This document shows, piece after piece, positions 9,147 to 19,116 of a stretch of 64,000 nt of DNA. The notes under the pieces are model-generated. The model saw nothing but the letters and a program-made list of their open reading frames with translations, ran no database searches and was not told where the DNA came from. Source of the stretch: Nitrosopumilus sp. (GTDB lineage: Archaea; Thermoproteota; Nitrososphaeria; Nitrososphaerales; Nitrosopumilaceae). Location of the stretch: contig OZ241981.1 in the NCBI GenBank assembly GCA_965204345.1, positions 1,248,001 through 1,312,000 of the forward strand, given 5' to 3'. How positions within the stretch are numbered: position 1 is the first letter of the stretch; each line of letters starts with the position of its first letter. Both the position numbers and the translations under genes were made by a program.

Positions 9147-9180
9147 GAACAGCGGGGGATTGCCCTGTTCTTTATATATG
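9147..9180. promoter_or_regulatory. inverted repeat GAACAG-N12-CTGTTC abutting a TATA-like TTTATATA
   Basis: gaacag 9147-9152, ctgttc 9165-9170, tttatata from 9171. Confidence 0.4.
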
Positions 9181-9345
9181 AAATTTCATCAAAAATCGCA
9201 ATAATTTAGAAAATTGGGTAATTTTTTACTAAAATATTTGAAATGAGCATTTTTTAGAAAATATCTTTTTTTCTAATTATTTTTTCAGGCGTGTCATTTT
9301 CTCTAATAATCTTCAAAATCATCAAAATAATGATATTTTTTTGCT

Positions 9346-9401
9346 GAAACAGCCGTTCCGCTTTGTGTTCCGCTATAAAGTTTCAAAATGTTCCTAATAA
9401 A
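9346..9401 (+). promoter_or_regulatory. GTTCCGCT direct repeats upstream of the wHTH regulator
   Basis: gttccgct at 9355-9362 and 9367-9374; gttcct at 9390-9395. Confidence 0.45.
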
Positions 9402-9423
9402 CTACATAGTTGTATACAATAGC

Positions 9424-9711
9424 ATGTCAAAACAACAATACAGGTCCGAAATGGGCATAATGGGCGATATCTTAGACGTAACCGCTGATGGCGGTCGTGG
9501 CGGAGTCATTGTATCTGCAATCTCTCGCAAAGCCAACCTGTCTCACTATGCAGTACTAGACAAATGTGAGAAACTGGCAGTGGCAGGCTTGGTCGAATCC
9601 GTCAAAAATGGCAGAAATAGAGTCTTTTTGATAACGGAAAAAGGACTTCAGTTTTTCCAGGAATTCAAGAGATTTCAGGGACTAGTCGAAAGCATGAACC
9701 TAAGGTACTGA
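9424..9711 (+). CDS. winged helix-turn-helix transcriptional regulator
   Basis: YRS..IMGDIL..ISRKANLS..ITEKG pattern of small archaeal wHTH proteins; ATG 9424 preferred over 9388. Confidence 0.88.
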   Translation: MSKQQYRSEMGIMGDILDVTADGGRGGVIVSAISRKANLSHYAVLDKCEKLAVAGLVESVKNGRNRVFLITEKGLQFFQEFKRFQGLVESMNLRY

Positions 9712-9715
9712 TCAA

Positions 9716-10744
9716 ATGTATCCCGTAATCGAACCAATTCATAGGAAAGAATCCCTTCAGGAAGATGGAATGCTTTTTGTAAGGACTAGTGGTATTCATG
9801 AAACAATGGTAAAAGTACCTCTTTTGGTGGCTAGTGTAATCATTGTTGCATCCATGATGCCAATTCAGTCGTCATTTAGTTCTCCTAGGGTACTAGATCT
9901 AATTATTTATCCAGATGGCACAACCCATGTTTCTGCAGAGGTTGATCTTGATCCTTTATCAACTGATTATGAACTCGAACTTTTTGGAAGCGCAATTGAT
10001 AATTTCGTGGCTGTAGGTGAAAATCAATTCCTACTCTCTTCTACTATTATTGGCGCATCTGCACTGATTGAGACTTTTGGTTCATCAACCATTACTGTAG
10101 AATATGATATTCATGATTTAGTGTCTAAACAGGGCAGGGTTTGGACATTCTCTTTAGATACTCCTTCTGATTTTACATTACTTTTGCCAAAAAACTCTGC
10201 AATAGTTGGCATGACAAATCTTCCAATCAATATGGAAATAACAAATGAGCAAAACCTCTTAACATTGCCTGGAGGAAATACTGAGATAGACTACCTCTTC
10301 AGTACTACTGACGCTAATAATCCCCCTACTTTGCCAACAGCTTCAGAGCCGGATTCCACTGATCTTCTTGTTCTCATATCCATTGCCCTTCTCGCAGCTG
10401 TAGGAGCCGGGACGATATTATTTATAAAGAAAACAAAACAAACAAAATCCTTACCTGCTTTAGAAACAGCTTCTAGTCCCAAAACTACCGTTACATCCCT
10501 TGACCCTGAAACCATCTTTAGTTTGAGACCCGATATCAGAGAATATGATAAAGAGATAGTGAAGTTTATCTTCGATAGTGGCGGGGAAGTATTTGAAAGT
10601 AATTTGCGTAAAAAGTTTTTGCAGCCAAGGACCACAATGTGGCGTGCAGTAAAGAGATTAGAGCGTAATGGAATTATTGAAATCGAAAAGAAAGACTTGC
10701 AAAATTTGGTAAAACTACGTAAGGATATGGAGAAAGAAGAATGA
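9716..10744 (+). CDS. membrane-anchored regulator: extracellular beta domain, TM helix, C-terminal wHTH (COG2512-like)
   Basis: signal/anchor MVKVPLLVASV, TM LLVLISIALLAAVGAG, C-terminal GGEVFESNLRK..PRTTMWRAVKRLE..GIIEI; start probably downstream of 9716. Confidence 0.8.
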   Translation: MYPVIEPIHRKESLQEDGMLFVRTSGIHETMVKVPLLVASVIIVASMMPIQSSFSSPRVLDLIIYPDGTTHVSAEVDLDPLSTDYELELFGSAIDNFVAVGENQFLLSSTIIGASALIETFGSSTITVEYDIHDLVSKQGRVWTFSLDTPSDFTLLLPKNSAIVGMTNLPINMEITNEQNLLTLPGGNTEIDYLFSTTDANNPPTLPTASEPDSTDLLVLISIALLAAVGAGTILFIKKTKQTKSLPALETASSPKTTVTSLDPETIFSLRPDIREYDKEIVKFIFDSGGEVFESNLRKKFLQPRTTMWRAVKRLERNGIIEIEKKDLQNLVKLRKDMEKEE

Positions 10745-11553
10745 AAACATTAGCATTATTTGCAATATTTGTATTATTTTTTGGAACCGTATCTGCCTCA
10801 TTGACCAACTCTGCTTATGCACAAAACGATCCTGATATTTTGTTACGCATTGCAACACAAGCAGACAAGCAAATCTCTAATCAGCTAGATAGAATTTATG
10901 ACGATTCAGTACCTTCAGACATACAAACTCTATATCAACAAGGACATGCTGCAGTTAGACTACTAGAAAATTCTTTACCCGATGATTTAGAACAAGCACA
11001 AGAAAGTTTCCTTGTTGCCATGAAATCTTTCAAACAAATCACCAGAATGATCTCTGAACCTGTAGAAGAACCAGGAACCATATCTAATGCGTCGGATAGA
11101 GATCTTACAAGTGAATTAGATAGTTTAGACAATTATTTTCAGATCCTAAAGGCAATCTCTGAAAAACATAATATGGGAATTGATTTTTCTAAAATAAAGG
11201 AATTATTTGTTCAGGCACGCCAACAGACAAGCTCTGATGATATTCAAGAAGCAAACAAAACAATAGAAAAATTGGAATCTCTTATAGAAGCAATCAAAAA
11301 TGACATTTACGGTCATGAATCTCATTCTACATCAGACAGAGCCAAAAAATTTGCCCTGAAACAATTAGATGAAATTCAGGACACACTAGACAAAGCTGAA
11401 AATATGGATCTTGATATATCTGAAGTTCAACAAGCAAATTCCCTGGTTCAGGAAATTGAAACCTTGATTGATGATGATAATATCTCTGATGCAAAAGAAA
11501 AGTTTGGAGAACTCATCGAATTGGTAAAAATCATCAAAAGTTCAATGAGCTAG
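10741..11553 (+). CDS. secreted all-helical hypothetical protein
   Basis: signal peptide ending AYA-Q; ATGA overlap with the upstream gene. Confidence 0.8.
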   Translation: MKTLALFAIFVLFFGTVSASLTNSAYAQNDPDILLRIATQADKQISNQLDRIYDDSVPSDIQTLYQQGHAAVRLLENSLPDDLEQAQESFLVAMKSFKQITRMISEPVEEPGTISNASDRDLTSELDSLDNYFQILKAISEKHNMGIDFSKIKELFVQARQQTSSDDIQEANKTIEKLESLIEAIKNDIYGHESHSTSDRAKKFALKQLDEIQDTLDKAENMDLDISEVQQANSLVQEIETLIDDDNISDAKEKFGELIELVKIIKSSMS

Positions 11554-11587
11554 GTATCATAAGCTTCATATACATTTTCTAAAGAAT

Positions 11588-11788
11588 TTGTTCATGGCTT
11601 CAAAAACAATCGCTGTCGGCGTAGGCATTCCAATGATTATTGTTGGTGCGCTGATGGCATGGTTGTGGGGCTCTCTTGAAGGAGATTTTCAAAATCAAAT
11701 AGAACTTGTAGGAAGTACAATTGGTATTTTAGGAGTAATTTTCTTCATTTCAGGATTATTTTATTCCAACGAGCCAGTCATGCATTAG
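11588..11788 (+). CDS. small 2-TM membrane protein
   Basis: two hydrophobic helices. Confidence 0.7.
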   Translation: MFMASKTIAVGVGIPMIIVGALMAWLWGSLEGDFQNQIELVGSTIGILGVIFFISGLFYSNEPVMH

Positions 11789-11829
11789 AAACTCATTGAA
11801 TAAATAATGAAAAAAATTACAATTATTAC

Positions 11830-12543
11830 TTGAAAGTAAGACTGTTTGAAATATTTACCTCAGTTGAGGGAGAAGGAATTCTTTATGGAACAAAAACCCT
11901 TTTTGTCAGACTAGCTGGATGTCCCTTTACCTGTTTTTATTGTGATACAAAAGAATCACTGCCACTTGATTCTGGTACAGAATATTCTATTGAACATGCA
12001 ACCAAGCTACTTGATTCTAATCTGAAAAATCAAACTTATAAAGTAAATTTCACAGGAGGTGATCCATTAATTCAACACGAGGCCGTAGCATTACTTGCAA
12101 AGCATATACAGGATAAAAAAATTCCTACATATCTTGAATCATCATGTTTTGATATTGATAGATTTAATCATGTTTTGCCATTTATTGATATTGTTAAAAT
12201 TGAATTTAAAACAAAAGATTCTGATTTTGTTGATTCAAAACATTATGACAAGTTAATTGGCCATACAATGAAATGCCTTAGTTCATCTGTAAAAACAAAT
12301 AAAGTAACATACATCAAAGTTGTTGTTAGTTCAAAAACACATCCCAACGAGTTTCAAAAATTAGTAAAGGATATTTTTGAAATCGTCTCTAAAAATGATA
12401 TTTCTGGCTTTGTAATTCAACCTACATATGGGATTTCAGAACCGTCGCTAGATCTCTTATTGGAATTATATGATCTGGTATATCCCCATTACATTGATGT
12501 CAAGGTAGTGCCGCAATTACACAAATTTATTGGTGCCCCATGA
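11830..12543 (+). CDS. queE: 7-carboxy-7-deazaguanine synthase (radical SAM)
   Basis: EIFTSVEGEG, FVRLAGCPFTCFYCDT, PQLHK. Confidence 0.93.
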   Translation: MKVRLFEIFTSVEGEGILYGTKTLFVRLAGCPFTCFYCDTKESLPLDSGTEYSIEHATKLLDSNLKNQTYKVNFTGGDPLIQHEAVALLAKHIQDKKIPTYLESSCFDIDRFNHVLPFIDIVKIEFKTKDSDFVDSKHYDKLIGHTMKCLSSSVKTNKVTYIKVVVSSKTHPNEFQKLVKDIFEIVSKNDISGFVIQPTYGISEPSLDLLLELYDLVYPHYIDVKVVPQLHKFIGAP

Positions 12544-12607
12544 TGTTACCATCTGCCTAAAAATCTGATTACGTTCAAATACTAGAAAAATTCTGTGAGA
12601 ATATAAA

Positions 12608-13165
12608 ATGGATCAAGAACGTGTAAAAAAACTTGTTAGAGAATTAATTATTGAGGTTGGGGAGGATCCGACACGTGAAGGCTTACGGGAAACTCCAGAG
12701 AGAATTGCAAATATGTACAAAGAAATTTTTAGTGGCTATGATTCTGACTCGGAACTATCCGTCCAATTTTCGGAGGATTCTGATGTGGTCATTGCTCGTT
12801 CCATCCAATTTTATTCCATGTGTGAACATCACATGCTGCCTTTTTATGGAAAAATTCACATCGCATACTCTCCAAATGGCAGAGTGTTTGGAATATCAAA
12901 ATTAGTTAGACTAGTTGAAAAGTTTTCAAAACGACTTCAGATTCAAGAGCGATTAACAAAAAATATTGCTGATGAGCTATACTCTCAGGGAGTAAAAGGA
13001 GTAGTAGTTTTAGCTGATGCAGAACATCTTTGCATGAAAATGCGCGGTGTCAAAAATGATGCAACTCTTTCTTCATCTGCATTTAGGGGAATTTATGAAA
13101 ATAAAGAGGAAAAAGCAAGTATAATGTCCCTGATTAGAAAGCGTGCTTCAGACTCATCTTTTTAG
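12608..13165 (+). CDS. folE: GTP cyclohydrolase I
   Basis: ETPER, CEHH, LQIQERL, HLCMKMRG. Confidence 0.96.
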   Translation: MDQERVKKLVRELIIEVGEDPTREGLRETPERIANMYKEIFSGYDSDSELSVQFSEDSDVVIARSIQFYSMCEHHMLPFYGKIHIAYSPNGRVFGISKLVRLVEKFSKRLQIQERLTKNIADELYSQGVKGVVVLADAEHLCMKMRGVKNDATLSSSAFRGIYENKEEKASIMSLIRKRASDSSF

Positions 13166-13196
13166 CCAATACTGAAAAATTAAATAATCAATATTT

Positions 13197-13460
13197 TTGA
13201 CCACAAACATGGGGGCAAATCCATACATTCACATTCCAAAAGAATCATGGCCTAATTGGACATGGTATGCAATCGAATGTGTTATTGTAATTGCTGTTTC
13301 CATGTTAGCGTCAAGTAAAATTACTGATTCCATTGAGGGACTAACTCCAGAAATACAAAATTATGTATTCATGGGTATTGTAGGCGGGTTTTTCCTGGTT
13401 TGGTATATTGGGATTAGAGGTTTGATTCTAAAAAAGAAGATTCTTAGAAATAGCTACTAA
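13197..13460 (+). CDS. small 2-TM membrane protein
   Basis: two hydrophobic helices; start may be ATG 13209. Confidence 0.7.
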   Translation: MTTNMGANPYIHIPKESWPNWTWYAIECVIVIAVSMLASSKITDSIEGLTPEIQNYVFMGIVGGFFLVWYIGIRGLILKKKILRNSY

Positions 13461-13462
13461 AA

Positions 13463-14140
13463 CTATCTAAGATATTTTGTTTTATCTTTAATGCCAGCTT
13501 TTGCAAATGCAATCTTTCTATTGTTGCAGGATTCACAGATCCCGCAGTGATATTTCTTGTTAGAATAACAACTCCACGTTTTGAATATGGAACTGCCCAG
13601 CACACCCGTCATTCCAGCTTTTAACAAGTCACTTTTTGATAATCCATTGCGGTACGGCGACCAGATTTCAATACCCTTTCGTAATTTTGATTTAATGCCA
13701 TCAATTTCACCCTGGTTAAATGCTGTTTCCAATTTTTTTGCAAAACTTGGTCTGCAATCAGGATAATATCTGTCTCCTGTATGTGCGCCATACACAACTA
13801 AAGATGCATTAATTGTAAAAGCCCAAGCTGAGGCGATTGATAAGAAAACGGCATTCCTAATAGGAACGACAATCGAATATTCAAATTTTTCAGGAATTTT
13901 TCTTTTTGAACTGGTTAAAACGTTTGAATTCCCGTACAAATCTTTCATAAAACCGATATCAATTATTTTGTGTTGTTTTAGCCCTAATTTTTTTGCAAAA
14001 GATTTTGCAGCTGCAATCTCACTGTCTGCTTTTTGTCCATACGAAAACGTAATTCCATGCAACTCATATTTTGATTTTAAATACGAGGCCGCACACACAG
14101 AATCAATTCCTCCACTAAAAACAATAACTGCCCTTTTCAT
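13463..14140 (-). CDS. queC: 7-cyano-7-deazaguanine synthase
   Basis: SGGIDS, YGQ, VPIRN, YPDC, TWSCY..HCGICESC. Confidence 0.95.
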   Translation of the reverse strand: MKRAVIVFSGGIDSVCAASYLKSKYELHGITFSYGQKADSEIAAAKSFAKKLGLKQHKIIDIGFMKDLYGNSNVLTSSKRKIPEKFEYSIVVPIRNAVFLSIASAWAFTINASLVVYGAHTGDRYYPDCRPSFAKKLETAFNQGEIDGIKSKLRKGIEIWSPYRNGLSKSDLLKAGMTGVLGSSIFKTWSCYSNKKYHCGICESCNNRKIAFAKAGIKDKTKYLR

Positions 14141-14147
14141 AATCTAC

Positions 14148-15065
14148 TCATTTATCTATTGCGCCATTACTAGGTTTGCAAATTATCGTCTGGCATTTTG
14201 TATTTGATGATGCAAATCCTTTTGTCATGGCCAAATTAATTTTTTTCAAGTCAGCAGATCTTTTTGAAAATGCAATTACTGAAGGACCTGCACCACTAAT
14301 TGTGACACCCAATGCTCCTGCCTTTATGGCATTTTCCTTAACTTTTGCAAAGCCTGGAATCATGTCTTGTCTTGCAGGCTCAACTATTACATCCCTAACT
14401 GAATTTCCAATCATTTCAGAGTCTTTCTTCATAAATCCCACTACAATTGCTGCTGCATTTGCCAAGTTCAAAATACTATCTGTCAAGTTAATTTTTTTCG
14501 GAATCACTCCCCTTGACACTTTGGTTTTTTTCCTTGGCACCTCAATTGTTGGAACTGCAATACACATCCTAAGGTTAGCTGGAGGCTCAATTCTAATTAC
14601 ATCCAAAGGATCTGTTTTTACAATTACAAATCCGCCTAAAACGGATGCTGCAACATTGTCATAATGTACTGTTCCTGCACTAGCTTTTTCTCCAGATCCG
14701 GCAAATTCCACTAATGTATTTTTGTCCAGTTTTAGCCCAAATAATTTATCAAACGCAACTGCAGCCGCAGCAGCTGATGCGGCACTGCTTCCCATTCCAA
14801 ATCCCGCAGGAATTCCCTTCTTAATCCTTATCTCAATGCCTTCCTTAATTTTGAATCTTTTTCTCATATTTTTTACAACCAGTCCTGCTGTATTTTTTTC
14901 AGGATTTACAGGCACATCATCATCAGTAATTATCTTGATTCCGTTTTTTATTTTAGTTAATGTGACTGTATCATAAAATGCGTCTACTGCAAGTCCAAAT
15001 ACATCAAATCCTGGTCCTAAATTTGCAGTTGAAGATGGTGCCTTTATTGTAACTTTTGATACCAA
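14148..15065 (-). CDS. thrB: homoserine kinase
   Basis: PSSTANLGPGFD, PAGFGMGSSAA, HYDN, SGAGP. Confidence 0.96.
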   Translation of the reverse strand: MVSKVTIKAPSSTANLGPGFDVFGLAVDAFYDTVTLTKIKNGIKIITDDDVPVNPEKNTAGLVVKNMRKRFKIKEGIEIRIKKGIPAGFGMGSSAASAAAAAVAFDKLFGLKLDKNTLVEFAGSGEKASAGTVHYDNVAASVLGGFVIVKTDPLDVIRIEPPANLRMCIAVPTIEVPRKKTKVSRGVIPKKINLTDSILNLANAAAIVVGFMKKDSEMIGNSVRDVIVEPARQDMIPGFAKVKENAIKAGALGVTISGAGPSVIAFSKRSADLKKINLAMTKGFASSNTKCQTIICKPSNGAIDK

Positions 15066-15824
15066 TTAATCTTCTACCTCCTCACCCAAGTTAAGAATTC
15101 TACTTAGGGCTCCTTGAAGATTTACAAAACCTTCCCCAGTTACATTGGATATTGGAATTAATCCCTGTGCAAATCCACCCAAATTTAATCCTCGTAAAAT
15201 ATTGGTAGTTAATGTATACGTGTCGCCATCTGTATCATTAGCAATGGCATTTTCCAATATCTTCAAATTAGACGACCACTGTAAAATCTCTTTTATTTTG
15301 TCGCCAATAAGATCTGTTTTTGTTAAAATATTGATTGTTGGCAAATTCAAACGTAATCTTATGGATGTTGCAAGTAATGCAATTGAAACAAAATTTACTG
15401 GAGTATTAATCAGCGCACCATCAAAAAGAAATACATTTGTTTTTTCTTCTGATGTAATGTTCTCTATTATAAAGCGTCCGCTGGAACGATATGCAAATAA
15501 TTCAATTTGACCGGGCGTATCTACAATCAGATAATCTGGATTTACCTTGTCTACGTCATTTTGTATATCGTCAATCTTTGATGCGATCAAATCATTGGCC
15601 ATTACCATCGCCCCATTTGGTCCAAGATCATATTGTTGCATAATTGAAACGTAATCAACATAATCTCTAACGTCTATATCACAAGTATATGCTAAATTTT
15701 CTACACCAGGATCTAAATTTAGCACAGCAGCAAACGCCCCATTTTTTGTATAATATTCATGAAGCTTTGATGAAAGCAACGATTTTCCCGACCCCGCAGT
15801 ACCAGAAACAAAAATTGTTTTCAA
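15066..15824 (-). CDS. GPN-loop GTPase
   Basis: GTAGSGKS, NLDPG, LGPNGA, DTPGQIE. Confidence 0.93.
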   Translation of the reverse strand: MKTIFVSGTAGSGKSLLSSKLHEYYTKNGAFAAVLNLDPGVENLAYTCDIDVRDYVDYVSIMQQYDLGPNGAMVMANDLIASKIDDIQNDVDKVNPDYLIVDTPGQIELFAYRSSGRFIIENITSEEKTNVFLFDGALINTPVNFVSIALLATSIRLRLNLPTINILTKTDLIGDKIKEILQWSSNLKILENAIANDTDGDTYTLTTNILRGLNLGGFAQGLIPISNVTGEGFVNLQGALSRILNLGEEVED

Positions 15825-16193
15825 TCCGTCTAGTTTTCACCATTTGCCTATATTTCAAACTACTTGATTTTTGTATCATGTCTTTAAAATGCCAGATTGG
15901 TATTGAAAAATGAGACAAATTCCATTTGATATCTGGCTGACTAAATTATACTGTCTTTGCGATGTAAGGTGCAACTGAAGGGGAAAGATATCTTCAAAAT
16001 TTAGCCATAAAATTACTAAATGAAAGAAATCCTTCAGATTTTGACATGCCAGATTCATCTTTGAAGAAATTAGGCAAGAACTTTAGGATCAATAAAAAAA
16101 TTCTATTTTTGATAGATGATTTTCAAAATTAACTTTTTAATGACTAGAAACCTACTCAACTTTCATATTTGATTCCTTAAAAAAAATCATCAA

Positions 16194-17204
16194 ATGAACT
16201 GGAGAATTGTAGCCATCCCCATTACTTTAATTCCAATTTTTATCATTGCCATTCAATTTGATATTAAATTTGAAGATGTACTAGCCATTGGGTTATTTCC
16301 ATTTGTAGGCGCAGTCATTGCAATGATGATAAAGCTAGGTCTTCAAGGAGTCAAATTTGCATACATAACAAGAAAATACTTGGGTAATTTTGATTCATTT
16401 TCCAAACTGGTTGGCGTTAGAGTTGGCAGCGAATTTATCAAATTTACAACTCCAATGTTCATCGGAGCAGAATTTGTTGTAATTTATTATTTGCATAAAA
16501 AAGGTGCAAAACCTGCAAAATCTGCATGGATTGCAGTTATGGATATTGTAACTGAAGTCTTTGCGGCAGGCCTGTTATCTATTATGGCAGGAATTATTGC
16601 GTTGTTAAGCGGTGCATATGTTGTTGCGGCTGTTATATTAGCCACTAGTATTGTCATTACATCTTTATGGATGGTTGTGTTTTTCCTTTCTTCCAAACAC
16701 ACATTTCAAGTACCAAAAGTTTTGCAAAATCTTGCAACAAAATTTGGAAAAGAAAAAGGTGCAAATGCCATTGACAAAACAAACACATGGATGGAAGAAG
16801 TATGCACTATGAGCAGAGAAAATCTGAAAACCACCGAATCTAAAAAAATCTTTACAGTTTCATTTCTGTTTTCACTTGTGTCCTGGTCATTTTACGGAAT
16901 TTCTTTTATGATCATCGCAATGGGTACCGGATTTGTAATTAATGCGTTTGATTCTATTATGGCAGTTATGGGCGCAAATGCAATTGGAAACTTGCCAATT
17001 ACTATAGGCGGTTCAGGTTTAGCAGAATTTGGAATTATCGCATATCTGAATAATCTGGATCCCTTTGCATTTCAAATCACTGAAGACATAGTTGCTTGGG
17101 ATGCAGTAATTGGCTGGAGAATTGCAACATATTATGTTCCAATTGTAATCACTTGGCTACTTTTGGTTAAATTGGCATTAAGCAAAATACCTAAACAAAA
17201 ATAA
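16194..17204 (+). CDS. UPF0104 / lysylphosphatidylglycerol synthase TM-domain (flippase-like) protein
   Basis: TPMFIGAE, PITIGGSGLAE, WRIATY; multiple TM segments. Confidence 0.85.
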   Translation: MNWRIVAIPITLIPIFIIAIQFDIKFEDVLAIGLFPFVGAVIAMMIKLGLQGVKFAYITRKYLGNFDSFSKLVGVRVGSEFIKFTTPMFIGAEFVVIYYLHKKGAKPAKSAWIAVMDIVTEVFAAGLLSIMAGIIALLSGAYVVAAVILATSIVITSLWMVVFFLSSKHTFQVPKVLQNLATKFGKEKGANAIDKTNTWMEEVCTMSRENLKTTESKKIFTVSFLFSLVSWSFYGISFMIIAMGTGFVINAFDSIMAVMGANAIGNLPITIGGSGLAEFGIIAYLNNLDPFAFQITEDIVAWDAVIGWRIATYYVPIVITWLLLVKLALSKIPKQK

Positions 17205-17909
17205 AAATACAAATTATTTTTGATATTTTACAATGTTTCAAGACAAATTATTCCGGCAAACTCGTATGTTTTTTTATTGTTAGCTTTATCAGTGGCATCA
17301 AAATCAGTGCCCATTTTCTGATGGCTGAACCTTGAGACAAAACCGTGTTTATATCGTAACGTTTTGATTTTTCTGGGCTCCCCTCAAAAAATAAAGCAGG
17401 GAAATTTTCATGGCAATGACAAAAGTCATGTTAAATTTCTTGTGAATCCTATAAGGTATAGCTTATTCTTGCCAAACCCGGATTTATCATCATCTGCATA
17501 ATATAGAATCTTGATCTCAGTTTCATCACAGAACTATCCTGGTTTGATGCTTTGGCAGAATTGGCATGTCGTTTACATTTAGGTTATCTTAGATCTTTAT
17601 CACCTGTTTCTGCATAATTCAATGATATCATTAGAAGGCATTTGTGATCCTGACAATGTCTTTTTTAATACTAAAAAATCTCACAAAAATTATGTAGTTA
17701 CTGTACCAATGCATAGTAATCCTCATTTGTTATTTTAGTAAATTTTTGCATTCAGAATAATTTACAGGCGCAAATACTGAAAATGCTTTTTTGAGGGCAA
17801 ATGTATTCTAAAATGAAATTTCATATTTCATGGCTATGGGCAAATGTATATTTATACAACAAAATTTTCACAACGAAACTACTTTATCCTCAAACATTTT
17901 TTCTGAATT

Positions 17910-18710
17910 GTGGATTTTCAAAACAAGGTTGTTCTGATTACTGGTGCATCATCCGGTATTGGTAAAGAAACCGCGATAGAATTTGCCAAGCTTGGTGCAA
18001 TTATAATTTTAGTTGCAAGAAATAAAGACAATCTTGAGCAGGTTGAAAACGAGCTAAAAAAATTCAACACGTCCACACTGATTTGTCAATGTGATGTATC
18101 AAAAAAAGATCATGTGGAAGAAATGTCAAAAACAGTTTTGGAAAAATTTGGCGCTGTTGATATTTTAGTCAACAATGCAGGATTTGCCATTCATGGATAT
18201 GTATCTGAACTTAGTATTGATCAAATTGAATCACAGATGGAAACGAACTATTTTGGAATGGTCTATTGCATCAAAAATTTCCTTCCATCAATGCTAGATA
18301 AAAAAACTGGCCATATTGTAAATGTTGCATCTGTTGCAGCAAGTTTTGGCTTACCCAAAATGGCTTCCTACAGCGGTTCCAAATTTGCAATGTTAGGATT
18401 TTCAGAGGGATTAAAACATGAATTAAAAAATACCGGAGTTGGAGTTACCGTTGTTAGTCCTATCATGGTTAGAACCAATTTCTTTGATCATCCTTCATTT
18501 GAAAACATACCAAAATTTTCCCCGGTTTCCCTTAGTTCTAAAACTGTTGCAAAAGCAATTTTGAAAGCATCAAATTCTTCTAGATTGGAAATTATTGTTC
18601 CATCTGTGGCAAGAGTTGCAGTATGGGTAAAACATACATTTCCTTATATTATCAATCCAATCATAGGAAGTGTTTTCAAAAAACAGTTAGATTCAATCAG
18701 AAGGGATTAA
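17910..18710 (+). CDS. short-chain dehydrogenase/reductase
   Basis: TGASSGIG, NNAG, YSGSK. Confidence 0.93.
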   Translation: MDFQNKVVLITGASSGIGKETAIEFAKLGAIIILVARNKDNLEQVENELKKFNTSTLICQCDVSKKDHVEEMSKTVLEKFGAVDILVNNAGFAIHGYVSELSIDQIESQMETNYFGMVYCIKNFLPSMLDKKTGHIVNVASVAASFGLPKMASYSGSKFAMLGFSEGLKHELKNTGVGVTVVSPIMVRTNFFDHPSFENIPKFSPVSLSSKTVAKAILKASNSSRLEIIVPSVARVAVWVKHTFPYIINPIIGSVFKKQLDSIRRD

Positions 18711-18711
18711 T

Positions 18712-19104
18712 CTATTCATCATTATCATTTGATTCATTAGATCCTACGTCTAGCAATTCTAATGACTTTAGATCAAATTGATAAATTGCTTTCATTTCAA
18801 TTTCTTTTTCTTTTTCAAGAAATTCTGACACTTTTTTGCTTAATGGTGCTTTATGTTGATCAAAAACAAATTCATAAACTTCACCCTTTAGCAGATCATC
18901 AATTTTGATGGTCTTTGGTACATCCATTGTTACAATGTGTCGTCCATCATCTACGGCATCATACAATTGTACATCAATTTTGTTGTCTTCATAATAAAAT
19001 TCTAGAATATACCCTGATTTTTTTAATTCCTCAGGTTTCTTAAATTTTGCATTTTGAATTTCATCAGTAACCCATTTTGGAATATCGTCTTTCTTTTTTA
19101 CCAT
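18712..19104 (-). CDS. hypothetical protein
   Basis: 130 aa ORF, 12 nt from the upstream gene. Confidence 0.75.
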   Translation of the reverse strand: MVKKKDDIPKWVTDEIQNAKFKKPEELKKSGYILEFYYEDNKIDVQLYDAVDDGRHIVTMDVPKTIKIDDLLKGEVYEFVFDQHKAPLSKKVSEFLEKEKEIEMKAIYQFDLKSLELLDVGSNESNDNDE

Positions 19105-19116
19105 GATAAATCGACT

